From: Raja brachyura
Taxonomy: Eukaryota
Direction: 5' to 3'
Length of the DNA: 64,000 nt
Assembly (NCBI GenBank): GCA_963514005.1
Contig: OY740790.1
Location: 27,962,001-28,026,000 of the forward strand
Within the stretch, counting starts at the first letter, position 1. Each line of letters begins with the position of its first letter. Positions 36,530 through 48,850 of this stretch are shown here, piece after piece. The position numbers were made by a program, and so were the translations under genes. The notes below the pieces were generated by a model. The model searched no databases and had not been told where the DNA came from. It worked only from the letters and a program-made list of their open reading frames with translations.

Positions 36530-37579
36530 TCATGCATGAGTCTTTTGTTGGAATACTTGAAGGCGCTCCCATGCCTGTCTGATTGTTTCTGATTCTCCGT
36601 GTCTCTCGACGAGCTGCCACCGCGCCGTTCGGTGGAGTTGTTCACGCAGTGGCGGCATGTCTGTGTCTCCCCGCAGCTCTTCCACTTGATAGCCTCTCTG
36701 TTGTAGCTCTCGCACGGCTTCCCTTGCGTTGTTGTAGGTTTGGTGACCGCTCTCCCAGTGAATACGTATCTTGGTAAATGGTGTTTGAAAGTGGATTCCT
36801 TCCTCTTTTAAGAAGCGTTTAACATGTTTGTATGCCTTGCGTTGTTGTACTACAGTGGTAGTATAGTCATGGTTAAAAGAGAGCATTCGTTCTCCAAGTT
36901 GGATCTTCTTTTGCCATGCCTGTTTGAGGACCATCTCTTTAACTTTAAACTGGAGAAAGTGGACAATTATGGATCTCGGAGGGGAACTAGGGCTTGGTTT
37001 CTGTGCCAGGGATCTGTGTGCTCGTTGAATCTGTAAATCTGTCATTTCAGGGATTGACATTTCACTTCTGAGCAGTTTCTCTACAAACTGAGGTACTAGT
37101 CGCACCCTCTGGCACACTGTATATCCGCAAATTATTTCTTCGGGATCTAGACTCCAGATCATTCAATTTGGCATTCAATTTCATCGTTTCTTGGAGTATA
37201 GTGTTTGCAGCGACACTCCATGTTTTCAGCTCCTCTATTCGGGTGGCGACTTCTTCCGTTTTTTTTTTGGTCTTGTGTTGCTTGTGCATTCGCTGCCATC
37301 CGAAGATTCATTTCATGTTTAAATTCGGCCAGCTCTTCTCTCATATCCCGCTTGAAATCATCTGAATGATGTGAAGTCCGCTTTTAATTCTCTTCTCAAA
37401 TTGCTGAATTGTGTACTTATGCTTTTTAATTCCTCATGGAGGGCCTCTGTTGCAGCGTCTCCACCAGCCTGTTTGTTTTTGGTTTCGTCTGTGTCATCTG
37501 TGTCTCTTCGGGCCTGACCTTCTGTTTCATGCTTTTCTAGCATCTTTTCCTTCAACTTTCTGCTCTTTGTTTTGCTCAT
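36530..37579 (-). pseudogene. L1 ORF1 (coiled-coil/RRM/CTD), frameshifted
   Basis: Fragments with LESRSRRNNLRIY and IQRAHRSL...PRSIIVHFL, typical L1 ORF1p motifs, split across frames. Confidence 0.85.
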
Positions 37580-39354
37580 TAAAACTTAAATACTTGCTTA
37601 CTTTGAATTTAGGGGAGGTTTATTTATCCGACTGTACGGAGCTCTCTGTCTAATCAGCCACCATGCTCTGCCGCCTACCGAAAGTCCCATATGATGAAAT
37701 CTAATGGAATTATTTGCCGCAGAAGACCATACTTCAGAGATACAATGCAGAAACAGGCAGAACAGGCCCATCAGCCCACCGAGTGTATGCCAACCAGCGA
37801 TTCCCATACACTAGCACGATCCTAAACACTTGCGGCAATTTACAATTTTACTGAAGCCAATTAACCTATAAATCTGATCGTCTTTGGAGTGTGAGAGAAA
37901 ACTGGAGCACCCAGAAAAATCCCATTCATAGAGCAAAGAACATTACAGCACAGGAGCAGGCTCTTCAGTCCAAAATGTCTGTGCCAAACAAGATGCCAAG
38001 TTATTCTCCTCTGACTGCACATGATCTATATTTCTCCATAGTCTTCATAAACATGTCTTTCTAAAAACCTCTTAAATGCCACTATCATATTGGCCTCCAG
38101 CACCACTCCTGGCAGTACATTACAGGCATTCATCGCTCTCTGTGTGCAAAAAAAGCTTACCTCATACACCTCCTTCAAACTTTGCTCCTTTCAACTTACA
38201 GCTAAGCCCTCTAGTCTTTGACATTTCCACCCTGAGGACAAAACTCTGACTCTCTACCTTGACTAATTTTATGATTATAAGGTTCCCCTTCAGTTTCTTA
38301 TACTCCAGACTACCTGCCAGGACTTGACCAGCCTCTCCTCTAGCTTTCATTCTCCCCTTACAATCAGTCTGAAAAAGGGTCCCGACCCGAAACATCACCT
38401 ATCCTTTTTCTTGCTGATGCTGCCTGACCAGCTGAGTTACTCCAGTAATTTGTCATTTGGTATCTGTATTCCACCTGATGGTTTTTCTATATTTTATCAT
38501 TCTTTTCATATGCCATTTAATTTTATGTCGGCTTGCTGCCTCTTCAATTTGAGCCTCTGGCCCATAGCTGATGGTTTTATCCATCTTCCCCTTTTAATTT
38601 AAACAACGGGTGTAACATTTGCAACTTTCCAATCCTCTGAGCATCATTATAGGATTACTGAGATTTCTGCTCTGATTCTCCGAGTTAGTCCTGACATTTA
38701 TAGTTTGATTCTGGATCAGATTCATTTGGGTCTGCTTAGCTGGAACCAGGCCCAAGCACAGAAAATGGTTCTACTTTGCTCATGCCCTTAATCAACTGGG
38801 TAACTGCAAGCAAAACGACTATACAATGTTAATCTGGTAGATTGTTTTCACCACATTAAGCAGCTATACTCTGCAGTAAATCAAGCCCGGATTAATTGGG
38901 AAACATGCTTTAGAAACAAGAATGGAGGAAACTTTGAAATTGAATGAAATATTTCTAACAGTACAGAAGAGGAATAAAACAAAATTGGCAGCTACCAAAG
39001 TTGGAAATTTATTAAAGGTTCAAGGACGTAAAAGGCGAGGATTGACAATCATATGTCAATTGAAGATAACTCAAAAGGATATTGGAAGACAAAATTCGAT
39101 GGGACTAAAGATTATGATGTTGTTTTGAACCAGGACGGGAGATGAGTCGGCCAGTAGGCTATAATCCATAAGGCTGCCAATTTGTACACAAATTGCCTTA
39201 AATTATTGCTCAATGCTGCCATCAGTCATGATTAAAAGCTGTCATTTGGACCAAAGGCAGTGATAGGTGTGCCTGTCAAGAACTATTTGGCGTCCTGATG
39301 GTGTTAATTGAGCAATATATGATGTTGTCCACTGGCAAAAGCAAGGAGTTGACA

Positions 39355-39603
39355 AAATGTAGAAGCAAGGAGCAGCAGACCTTGGTTAACACAAAAGGAC
39401 ACAAAGTGCTGGGGTAACTCAGCAGGTCAGGCAGCATCTCTGGAGAACATGGATAGGTGACATTTCGGGTCTGGGACTCTTCTTCAGATTAATTTAACTT
39501 GCCAATTTCAGAATCGGTCTGAGAAAGGGTCCTGACACAAAATGTAATCTATCTACAGAGATGTTGCCTGACTCGCTGAGTTACTCCAGCACTTTGTGTC
39601 CTT
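39355..39603. mobile_element. Second Penelope pLTR fold-back
   Basis: Inverted arms ~39397-39487 and ~39518-39602, each with a hammerhead-like core. Confidence 0.7.
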
Positions 39604-39909
39604 AAGGAACTGATAACAATGTAAGGATGATGGAATTGGCAAGCTGTATGGCTGGAGGACACTGAATGAGAGCAACTGGATGTTGCAGTGTTGCCTAACT
39701 ACTGGTCACGCACCACAATTCATAGCAACAACTATTCTAGTTGGAGGTGAAGGAATGCAAAGTACAGTAATTGGAGGAGATTTCCACAAGTTACAGTGAG
39801 AGGTAGGAATTTTCAAGGAGACCTGAGGAGGATTTTTTTCCACGCTAAGTGTGGTGGGAGTGTGGAATGCACTGTCTGAGGCAGATTCACTACATTTTGA
39901 TTGACTAAA

Positions 39910-40200
39910 TCAATTGAAAGACAGCGTGGAAACAGGCCCTTTGGCCCACCGAGTCCACCCTGACAATCGATTACTCGTTCATGTTAGTTCTATGTCATCC
40001 TCTCCCTACACACTAGGGAAATTTACAGAGATCAATTACCCTACAAACCAGCATGTCTTTGGAACGTATGAGGAAACTGGAGCTCCTGGCGGTAACCCAT
40101 GTGGTCACAGGGAGAATGCGCAAACTCCGAATGGGCAGCACCCGAGGTCAGGAGTAAACCTGAGTCTCTGGCACTATGAGACAGCTGCACCACTGTGCCA
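39910..40200 (-). mobile_element. V-SINE (HE1-like)
   Basis: Reverse-complement copy. Further partial copies at ~557-668(+), 37730-37925(-), 40400-40860(-) and 41690-41850(-). Confidence 0.7.
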
Positions 40201-40635
40201 TCCTTTTAAGAGGCATCTGAATAAATTGGATGGTTATAGGTAGGGGTATAACAGGTAGCATGGGTATGAAGGATCCATGTCAGTGTTGTATGATTGATTC
40301 TATGACAACCCTGAGTTTTCCACACCCCCTATTCCAACTGTTATAGGCAGTCACTGACTCTTTATTGCAAACTGGATACAGGAAGATGATCTCTTGTAGC
40401 TCACACAAAAAATTGGCCCTTCGTCCCAACAAGTCCACAGTGACTATCTACCACCCATTTACACTAATCCTACACTAATCTATTGTTTGCATATTGTTAT
40501 AAATTTCCCCCTAGATTCTACCACGTACCTACACATTAGAGGCAATTTACAGAGGCCAATTCGCACGTCTTTGGGATATGGGGGAACCCAGAGGAAACGG
40601 TTATAGGCAGAATGGTCAAACCTCGACACAGACAG

Positions 40636-40776
40636 GGAGTGGGAGATTGCAACCTTCACGAGGTCCGCCTTGTTTCAACGAATGCAATCAACCTCACGTG
40701 CACAATCAAATAAGATGAAATAGAACAAGTTGTCCTACAACTTTAGGCTGTGCACTCCATACGCAAGACGAAGAAG
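40636..40776 (+). mobile_element. ~140-bp short retroposon (putative Vingi-mobilised) nested in a V-SINE
   Basis: TSD acacagacag/acacggacag; 3' end CCATACGCAAGACGAAGAAG. Confidence 0.7.
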
Positions 40777-43629
40777 ACACGGACAGCACACAAGGTCAGG
40801 ATTGAACCTGGGTACCTGGTGCTATGAGGCAATTACTCTACAAGCTGCAACATTGTGTCACCCACACATGACCTAGGAAATCAACTGCCACTCCAGATCA
40901 GAATCTGTCGTGTGTGTTAGGCAGGTGGAGGCAGGAGCTAGACTCTGGAACCCATGTAGGGTCTTGAAGCGTTCAAACGTTGCAGGAGCCTGAAACTATT
41001 GCTCCTTTCTAATTTGACACTACAGAGTTAAACTTCATTGAAATTAGGTGATTGATGTTTACTGGGTGCACTAACTGCTGTTTAGTTACTTATTCATTGC
41101 ACAAATCAAGCTAGCCAATGGCTGAATTCAAGCTTTGCCGGAGAGTCATACAGCATGGAAACAGGTCTTTTGCCCAACTGGTCCATGCTGACAACCATGC
41201 CCCATCTAAATTAATCTAATTTATCCATGATAGACCCATATTCTTCGCAACCTTTGCTATCTATGTATCTGTCCAAATATCTTTCCAATTTGGTTATTGT
41301 ACCCGTCTCATCTACTTCCCTGGCTGCTTGTTCCATATACCCTCTGTGTAAAGAAAAAACAAATTGCCCATCAAAATCCTATTAAATCTTTCCCCTCTCA
41401 CAAACCTTTGCCCCTAGTTCTTGATTTCTCTACCCCGGGGAAAAATACTGCAGATTTACCCTACCCATTCCCCTCATGAATTCCACTAATCCATATGTTT
41501 GCGGGAGCATTAAACATGAAAAGATATTCCTTGTGTTCATGCTTATAACAACTTATTAGGAGGCTAGTTGGCCCACTCTGCAAGCAAAGCCCTTAGTTGC
41601 ACCCCACCCCCCTCTTGGTTCCATACAAGTCACATATTCCCATCAATTCCTCTTTATTTGTTTTGCAATTCTTCTGTACTTAGGAAAAATTTACAGTTGC
41701 CCATTTACCTGCCAACAAGACTCTAGGATGTGGAAGGAAACCGGAGCACCATGTGAAAACCCACACCTTCAGAGGATGAATGTGGAAAACTTCACATAGT
41801 TTATCTTAGATCATGATTGAACACAATTGAGCTATTGGGCAGCAGCACTCACTGGTTTATCAATTATTTACCACCAGTTACTGACTTTATCCATGTTTTA
41901 TCAGGTTGGTAGATAGATAAAAGGATATTTTTTCTGTTTGCTAAAAATATAAAAAGCAGTACCCTTACAGTCTAATCTAAAGATCAGTGAATTTCCTTTG
42001 AAAGTTAAAAGCTTGTAATGACCCATGAACAAGATCAGGAGGCCTTATACTTTCAAGCTGATGTTTGCTAAATAGGGTGGAATAAGTTGCCAGAGGAAGT
42101 GATTAATGTAGGTACAATAACAACTCATAAAATATATTTGGACAAGCACATGGATGGGAAAAGTTTAGAGAGATATGGGTTAAATGTGGCCAATTGGGAC
42201 AAATTGAAATGGACATCTTGGTTGGCAGGAACAAGGTAGGCCAATGGCTTGCTTCCATTGTGTATGATTTCAGGAATGGTTGTTCTCATAGCTATCCAAA
42301 GCTGATTTCATTTTGCCCCCATTTCTGTTATTGCTCTTCAAAGATATTTTTAAACTGAAAATAAAAAAAAACAGAATTAGAACATGTTGGTGCTCCATTG
42401 AAGTGGCATCTGCAAACTGTTCCAGTTAACATTTAATTTGGCGGTGCCTTTATAATTTTCTTATTTCTTTTGAGATCCAATGAAAACTGATTTGACTTTA
42501 AAGGATAAAGTTTCTTTTCCATCCATTATTCATTAGACAAAAAAGAGCTTGGAAAACAACATGAAAACAATTTTTTGAGTCAATTCCTTAAATACACAGA
42601 TTGATCTCAATGCTCCTCTACGCATACAGGAAAATTTAAGAATTTAAAAATTAGATCATGGGTTCAGATAGAGCCAAAATTCCTGTAGAAATTGGCTAAG
42701 CCAAATGATGAGAGGCTTATCCAGTTGATGTAATTCACTGGGGTTTCAAAGAGAGGTAGATGAAGTTCCATTTCAATGACAATTATTAAGATTTATTGAA
42801 TCTTAATTTCACTTGCTTTGGCAGTAAGCAACATAAGGTGCTGTTTAAAAGAAGTGGCTTGCATCATTTCACCATGTGTGTCTTGAGATACTGCTATTTG
42901 TTATTTTTATTATTGTTCACAGAGTACTTCTTGAAATGATATATGTTGTTGATGTTTTCAGACTTGGAGTAGAAAGGAGCCACTCATTGAGAGCTTTGTA
43001 TTTATCTTTAGGTCTTCAGAGCATTAGTTCATGACATTAGTATGATACATACATAAAATTGACTTGTTTCTTTTATTGTAGTTGGGGGAATCATTAAACG
43101 AGTGTAGAATCTGCAGGTACATCTTAAATACAGGCCTGATTTCATTATCGTGGTCTGATCTGATGAGATTAGTTCAATGTTCTTTTTACCAGTAGTTGCG
43201 ATGTGGGGGGTTTCATTTACTCTTACTATATCTCAGAAGAGTCCGTTTAGACACAAGATTTCCCATAATTGCACTAATCTCTAAAGTTTGAGAAGTGTCC
43301 CAAACTTTAACGTTATTATCGCCATTAATGGTGGCCACTAAACTGCCATGTGCTTTGTTATATGTGATGTAGATTTCTCAATCATCTCAACCTTGCAGTC
43401 ATTCTTAAACTTGGCCATGTATAGATCATAGACCAATACATCACAGGAACTTCGGCCCAAAATGTTGATATTGAACATGATGCCAAAATAAACTAATCTC
43501 CTCTGCCTGCACATGATCCATAACGCTCCATTTCCTGCATATCCACGAGCCTATCTAAAAGCCTCTTAATCATCAGTAATGAAGGTATTTGCCTTCATTA
43601 CTATTCTCTGAAAAATAAACTTTTCCCGC

Positions 43630-43930
43630 ACAAGGCTGACATAGTGGCACAGCTGATAGAACTACTGCCGCATGACTCCAGAGACCCGGTTCGAACCTGA
43701 CTTTGCATGAAATTTGCACGTTCTCCCTGTGACCACTTGGGTTTCCTCTGGGCGATCCGTTTTCATTCCACATCCCAAAAAAAGTGCAGGTTTGTAGGTT
43801 AATTGGTCTCTTTAAATTGCCCGGAATGTGTAGGAGATGGATGCGAAAGTGAAATAACATAGACTTGTGAATGAGTGATTGATGGTCGGCGTGGACTTAG
43901 TGTTTCCATGATATATGTTTCAATTAATCA
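43630..43930 (+). mobile_element. V-SINE (HE1-like)
   Basis: tRNA head (ggttcgaacc) plus V-domain. Confidence 0.7.
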
Positions 43931-44204
43931 ATCAAAAAATCTCCTTTAAACTGTGTTTTCACCTTCAACCTATGGTCTCTAATCTTTAGCATTTTCACTC
44001 TGGAGGGAACAAATGGTTCTGACTGACTACTTTTCATGTCCCTCATAATTTATACTTGAGTACATGGGGACAAAAAGATCAAACTAGAAAGAGCTGCACC
44101 CTAGAATTGCAATTAAACAGGTACTCAACCACTCAACTAGGCCATCAACAGCTACTTTTCTATCATGTTTCCTACTTCATTTTCGACTAGCACAGGGTCT
44201 GACA

Positions 44205-44525
44205 TTGCGGTACAGTGGTAGAGTTGCTGCCTTACAATGCAAAAGACCTGGGTTCGATCCTGACTATGAGCGCTGTATGGAATTTGTACTTTGTGACTAC
44301 GTGGGTTTCCTCCGGGTGCTCCGGTTTCCTCCCACGCTCTAGGCATACAGATGATGTACAGGTTCAATGCACAGGTACACAAGTTGTACAGGTTTGTAGG
44401 TTAATTGGCTTTGGTAAATATTGTAAATTGTCCCTTGTGCCTAGTATGCCGGGATCACTGGTCGGCACAGACTCAGTCGGCGGAAGGGCCTGTTTTTTGC
44501 TGTATCTAAACTATACTAAAATAAA
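44205..44525 (+). mobile_element. V-SINE (HE1-like)
   Basis: gcggtacagtggtagagttgctgcc...gggttcgatcc...tgggtttcctccgggtgctccggtttcctccca. Confidence 0.8.
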
Positions 44526-45312
44526 CACATCTGTGTGGGATTAGCTCAAGGAACTCCTGCAGTGAAGTTCAGGTGTTGTGATAATTTGTTGGCAATATTT
44601 GCCATCGTTAAGTCTTGTGTCTAGTGATATTCTGACCATGAAAGAATTTTCATTGAACCCAACTAATTTCTGTTTTGCTTGCGTTCCCTGATGCAGTGCT
44701 GGTTGAATGCCCCATTTATGTTGAGTGGAACCACTCTTGCAATCAGCTCATGTATCTATATGTGGATTAAGTCTACAATATGGTTTGGAGCCAAGTAGTT
44801 TTGGCAGGACCTGAATTAAGTAGAGTTGAGCATGTTATTTGTGAGTAATTGCAGTTTCATGGCACAAGAGTCAGAGACTTGTACAGCACGGAAATAGGCC
44901 CTTTGTCCCACCTCGTCCATGCCACCAAATTGTCCAATTTACACTAATCCCATTTGCTCTCTGATGCCTCTTTCCATTGCATTGCAATTGTTTGGGAGGT
45001 ACATGATAAGGAAATGATTGATTATGATAAATTAATTCTGAAAGAAATATATGATAAATCTTTGCACGGTTAGAATGAAAGATGTCTATTTACACAGATT
45101 ATAGGAGTTTTATTCTGAAGTAAACAGTGCTATTGGCAGACTTGGGTGCTGAGTAATGGATGTGTTTCATTCTTCACAACTAACATATTTTATCTAACAA
45201 CTTAAGTGTCACAGTTATATAACAAAGAAACAAGCCCTCGGCCCAGTTGGCCCATGTTGGCCCATGTTGGCCCAGATGTCCCATGCAAGCTAATCCCATT
45301 TGCTCATTGTTT

Positions 45313-45517
45313 TAAAGAAGGAACTGCAGATGCTGGAGAATCGAGGGTACACAAAAGGCTGGAAAAACTCAGCGGGTGCAGCAGCATCTAAGGAGCAAAG
45401 GAGATAGGCGACATTTCGGGTCGAGACGAAGGGTCTCGACCCGAAACGTCACCTATCTTCTTTGCTTCTTAGATGCTGCTGCACCCACTGAGTTTCTCCA
45501 GCCTTTTGTGTACCCTC
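45313..45517. mobile_element. Fold-back mini-element made of two inverted Penelope pLTR halves
   Basis: Arms 45343-45427 and 45433-45517 are near-perfect reverse complements; ~16-bp TSD ccatttgctcat(t)gttt. Confidence 0.8.
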
Positions 45518-46429
45518 CCATTTGCTCATGTTTAGTCCATATCCCTCTAAACATTTACTATCCATGTACCTGTCCAAGTGTTTTTTAAATACTGTTATAA
45601 TACTTGCCTTGACTACATCCTCGGCAACTCGTTCCATATACCCACCACCCGAGTGAATACATTGCCCCTTAGGTTCCTGTTTTTGTCCTTCTCCTGTTCC
45701 CCTCCCACACAGAGGGGCAGATCTCCAAGCATCTTAGGCTCCTATTGAAAGCAGATGCATCTTGGATTCATTTGGGATTTTTGTTATGATCATGCCAAGT
45801 TTCCTCTCCAAGTATCTGCACAGTGGAAAAGTTTTGGAGGATGTTTATTAGCTTGTGTTTGATCAGGCAAAACTGACAAGTAGAGGGGAGCTCTCAATGC
45901 TTCTGAGAAAATGATATTTTCTCAACGTACCGTGGATCCCACAGGCAGAACCAAAGTGAGAGACATGTCCAAAATAATTAAAGTAAATAGTTACCTCTCA
46001 TCTGAGAAGATTATTTCCAATAGTTTATCTGTGAACAATTGGAATATGCAATTGTTTCTGTAATTGATTTTCTACCAACATCAGAGAGAGTTAATGTGGA
46101 TAATTCATTTCAGACTGTGAAACAGTTCCAGCAAATATCTGATTTTCTTGGTAGATGGTTATGCGAGGCACTGTTTCATAAGCAAGCAAATATAAACCAT
46201 GCTGGAAAACATCAAAGAATAGTAGCAGAGTATGGATCATCCCAAGTGTGGCCCACAAAGGCGTTCCACCCCATTCTATATGTGGCTCATTGCCTTGGCA
46301 CTCTAATGCACAGAGAGTTATTTTCATGCCAGGAATGGGCATGACTAGATCATTGAACTAGCAATATGACTGCAGATCAATTCCTGCTAAAATGATGGGA
46401 CGTCTCACTTCGCTGATTTATGTAATCAA

Positions 46430-46730
46430 TGGCACAGTGGTGCAGCTGATAAAGCTGCTGCTGCACAGCGCCAGAAGCCCGGGTTCAATCTGGACCTCGG
46501 ATGCTGTCTGTGTGGAGTTTGTACGTTTTGCCTCCAGATGCTCCGGTTTCCTTCCTAAAGATATGTGGGGTTGTAGGTTCATTTTCCTCAGAAAAATGCT
46601 CCTTGTGTGTAAGAAGTGAATGCAAAATTGGAATAACCATAAAACAAGTGTGAATGGATGATCGATAGTCGTTGTGGACTCGCTGTACCGAAGGGCTTGC
46701 GTCTATGCTGTATTTCTAAACTAAACTAAC
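46430..46730 (+). mobile_element. V-SINE (HE1-like)
   Basis: tggcacagtggtgcagc...gggttcaatc...; (CTAAA)n tail. Confidence 0.72.
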
Positions 46731-46969
46731 TCAGTGACTATATTCTCGGGTCCTTGCGTGGATTTATTCATTGTCACTGATTTGTTGATGATCTTACCCT
46801 CTGCTTGTTGTCATGCGTTTCATTCTGGTGCTTTTTTAAAATCCCTATGCTGACCCTCATTTCTGACAACTTACCTGTAGACATCTGTCATTGTGCGTGT
46901 GTCCTTTTACACTTGCTGTTCTGTATTAGTATTGTTTTATTATTGTCACATGTACCGACATATCTGCTG

Positions 46970-47460
46970 GAACTCCTGCTTGCAATTTTAACTCCCCTTC
47001 CCATTCCCATACTGACTGTTCCATACTAGGCCACCTCCATTGCCAGAGGGAGGTCACATGCAAAAGGAACAGCATCTTATATTCTGCTTGAGTAGCTTAC
47101 AACCCAACTGTATGAACATTCAACTCTCCCAATTTTAAGGAACACCAGACAATAAACAAAATTAAGCTAAACTAAACTCTTTCCTCTGTCCTCATCCCAC
47201 CACTTCAGCCATTATTCCACCCTTCTTTCCCCACCCCATCTCCATCCCTCCCTCTTTTCTTCTCTCCTTATCTGTCATTCTCTTGTCTCCTTTTCATTTC
47301 TAGCCTTTGTCACCTACACCCTACTGCCAATCAAACACATTTATATGTATCCACCTATTACTTTCCATGCTTTGACCCAACCTCACCTCCTTTCCAGCCT
47401 CCTACTTCCTCTCCCAGTACAAACAATCTGAAGAAAGGTCCCGACCCAAAACATCCCCTC
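46970..47460 (+). mobile_element. Penelope-like element 3' fragment, degenerate
   Basis: Same GIY-YIG tail (ccattgccagagggagg...gaacagcatcttatattctgcttg) and a degenerate CTGAAGA...CAAAAC motif at ~47428. Confidence 0.65.
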
Positions 47461-48009
47461 TGCAAGCCCTCCACAGTTGTTGTCAGACTGATTGAGTTCC
47501 TCTCACACTTAGTGTTATACAGTGAGAAATCTTGTTTTGCATGCAATCCAGGCAAATCGTACACTACATGAGTACATCAAAGAGTGTAAAATAGAAAATA
47601 ATTGGAGTGCAGAATAGAGTGTTACAACTATAGAGAAAATGCAGGTAAAAAAAAAGTGCAAGGTTGGTAATGAGGTGGTTTGGAAGATTGGGAAATCATC
47701 CTTAGCATATGAGAGGTCTGTTCAAGAGTCAGATAACAGTGGGGAAGATGCTGTTCTTGAATTTGGCAAACATGCTTTCAAACTTTTGTATCTTCTACCT
47801 GATGGAAGAGGGGAGGAGATAGAATGGCTGGATGTGAGTTGGCCTTGATTATGTTGGCTGCTTTCCCAAGGCAGCACCAAGAATAAATAGGGAGTGGCAA
47901 AGTTAGATTTGTGATGGACTGGGGTGTGTTCTCAATGCTTTGTAATATTTTGTGATCTTGAGAAGAATGGTTGCCAATACCAAGCTGTGATGAGGTTCCT
48001 CATAATAAG

Positions 48010-48850
48010 TTCCTCATGGCTCCAGAAGGATTTGAAAACATAGGATCCTGGGAGAGCTAGCTAACTGGATACAGAATTGGCTTTGTGATAGAAAGCAAAG
48101 GGTGATAGTGGAAGGTTGTTGTTTGGATTGGAGGCCTGTGACTAGTAGTGTGCCTCAGGGATTTGTGCTTCGCCATAGCTCTTTGTTATCTATGATTTGG
48201 ATGAGAATGTACAAGGCATAATTAGTTCGTTTGCAGTTAACAATAAAGTAGGACATATTAAAGAGAGTAAAGATGGTTATCTAGAATTATAGAAGGACCT
48301 TGATCAGTTAGGCAAATGGGCTGACTAATAGCTAATGGAGTTTAATGTAAATAAGTGTGAGGTGTTGCATTTTGGTAAATCAAACCAGGGCAGGACCTTC
48401 ACTGTGAATGGCCGGGGCATGGGGAGTGTTGTCAAGCTGAGGGATGTAGCATTATGGTACATAGTTCCCTGAAAGTGGCATCACAGGTCAATAGGGTGGT
48501 GAAGAAAACTTTTGGCATGCTGACTTCATCAGACAGGAAACTGAGTATAAAAGCTAAAATGTCATGTTACTATTGTACAAGTCATTGGTGAGTCATACTT
48601 GGACGAATATGTTCAGTTTTGGCCACCCTCATATAGGAAAGATGCCATTACGCTGCATAGAGTACAGAGAAGATTTACAAGGATGCTGCCAGGAATCTAG
48701 AGCCTGAGCTATAGGGAGAGGTTGAGCAGGCTAGGACTTTTTTATTTGAGAACAGGTGGCTGGGTGATGATCTTAGAGGTATGTACAATCATGAAGGAAA
48801 TAGATCGGTGAATGTGCAGAATCTATTTTGCAGGGTAAGGGAATTGAAAA
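48010..48850 (+). mobile_element. Old degenerate CR1 RT fragment
   Basis: Decayed SSVPQG, FA..D, KCEVLHFG and VQFWPP.Y motifs with many stops. Confidence 0.75.

Larger units (their letters stand above)
32070..37687 (-). mobile_element. Full-length L1-clade LINE, inactivated by frameshifts and stops
   Basis: 5' end GGACTTTCGG; ORF1 and ORF2 fragments; AATAAA plus A-tail at ~32073-32100; 8-bp TSD catatgat at 32062-32069 and 37688-37695. Confidence 0.93.

Noticed and set aside
40643-40700. HDV-like ribozyme call for the 140-bp element
   Set aside because: Only a 7-bp stem is evident; P2/P3/P1.1 could not be assigned, so it is not listed as an ncRNA feature.
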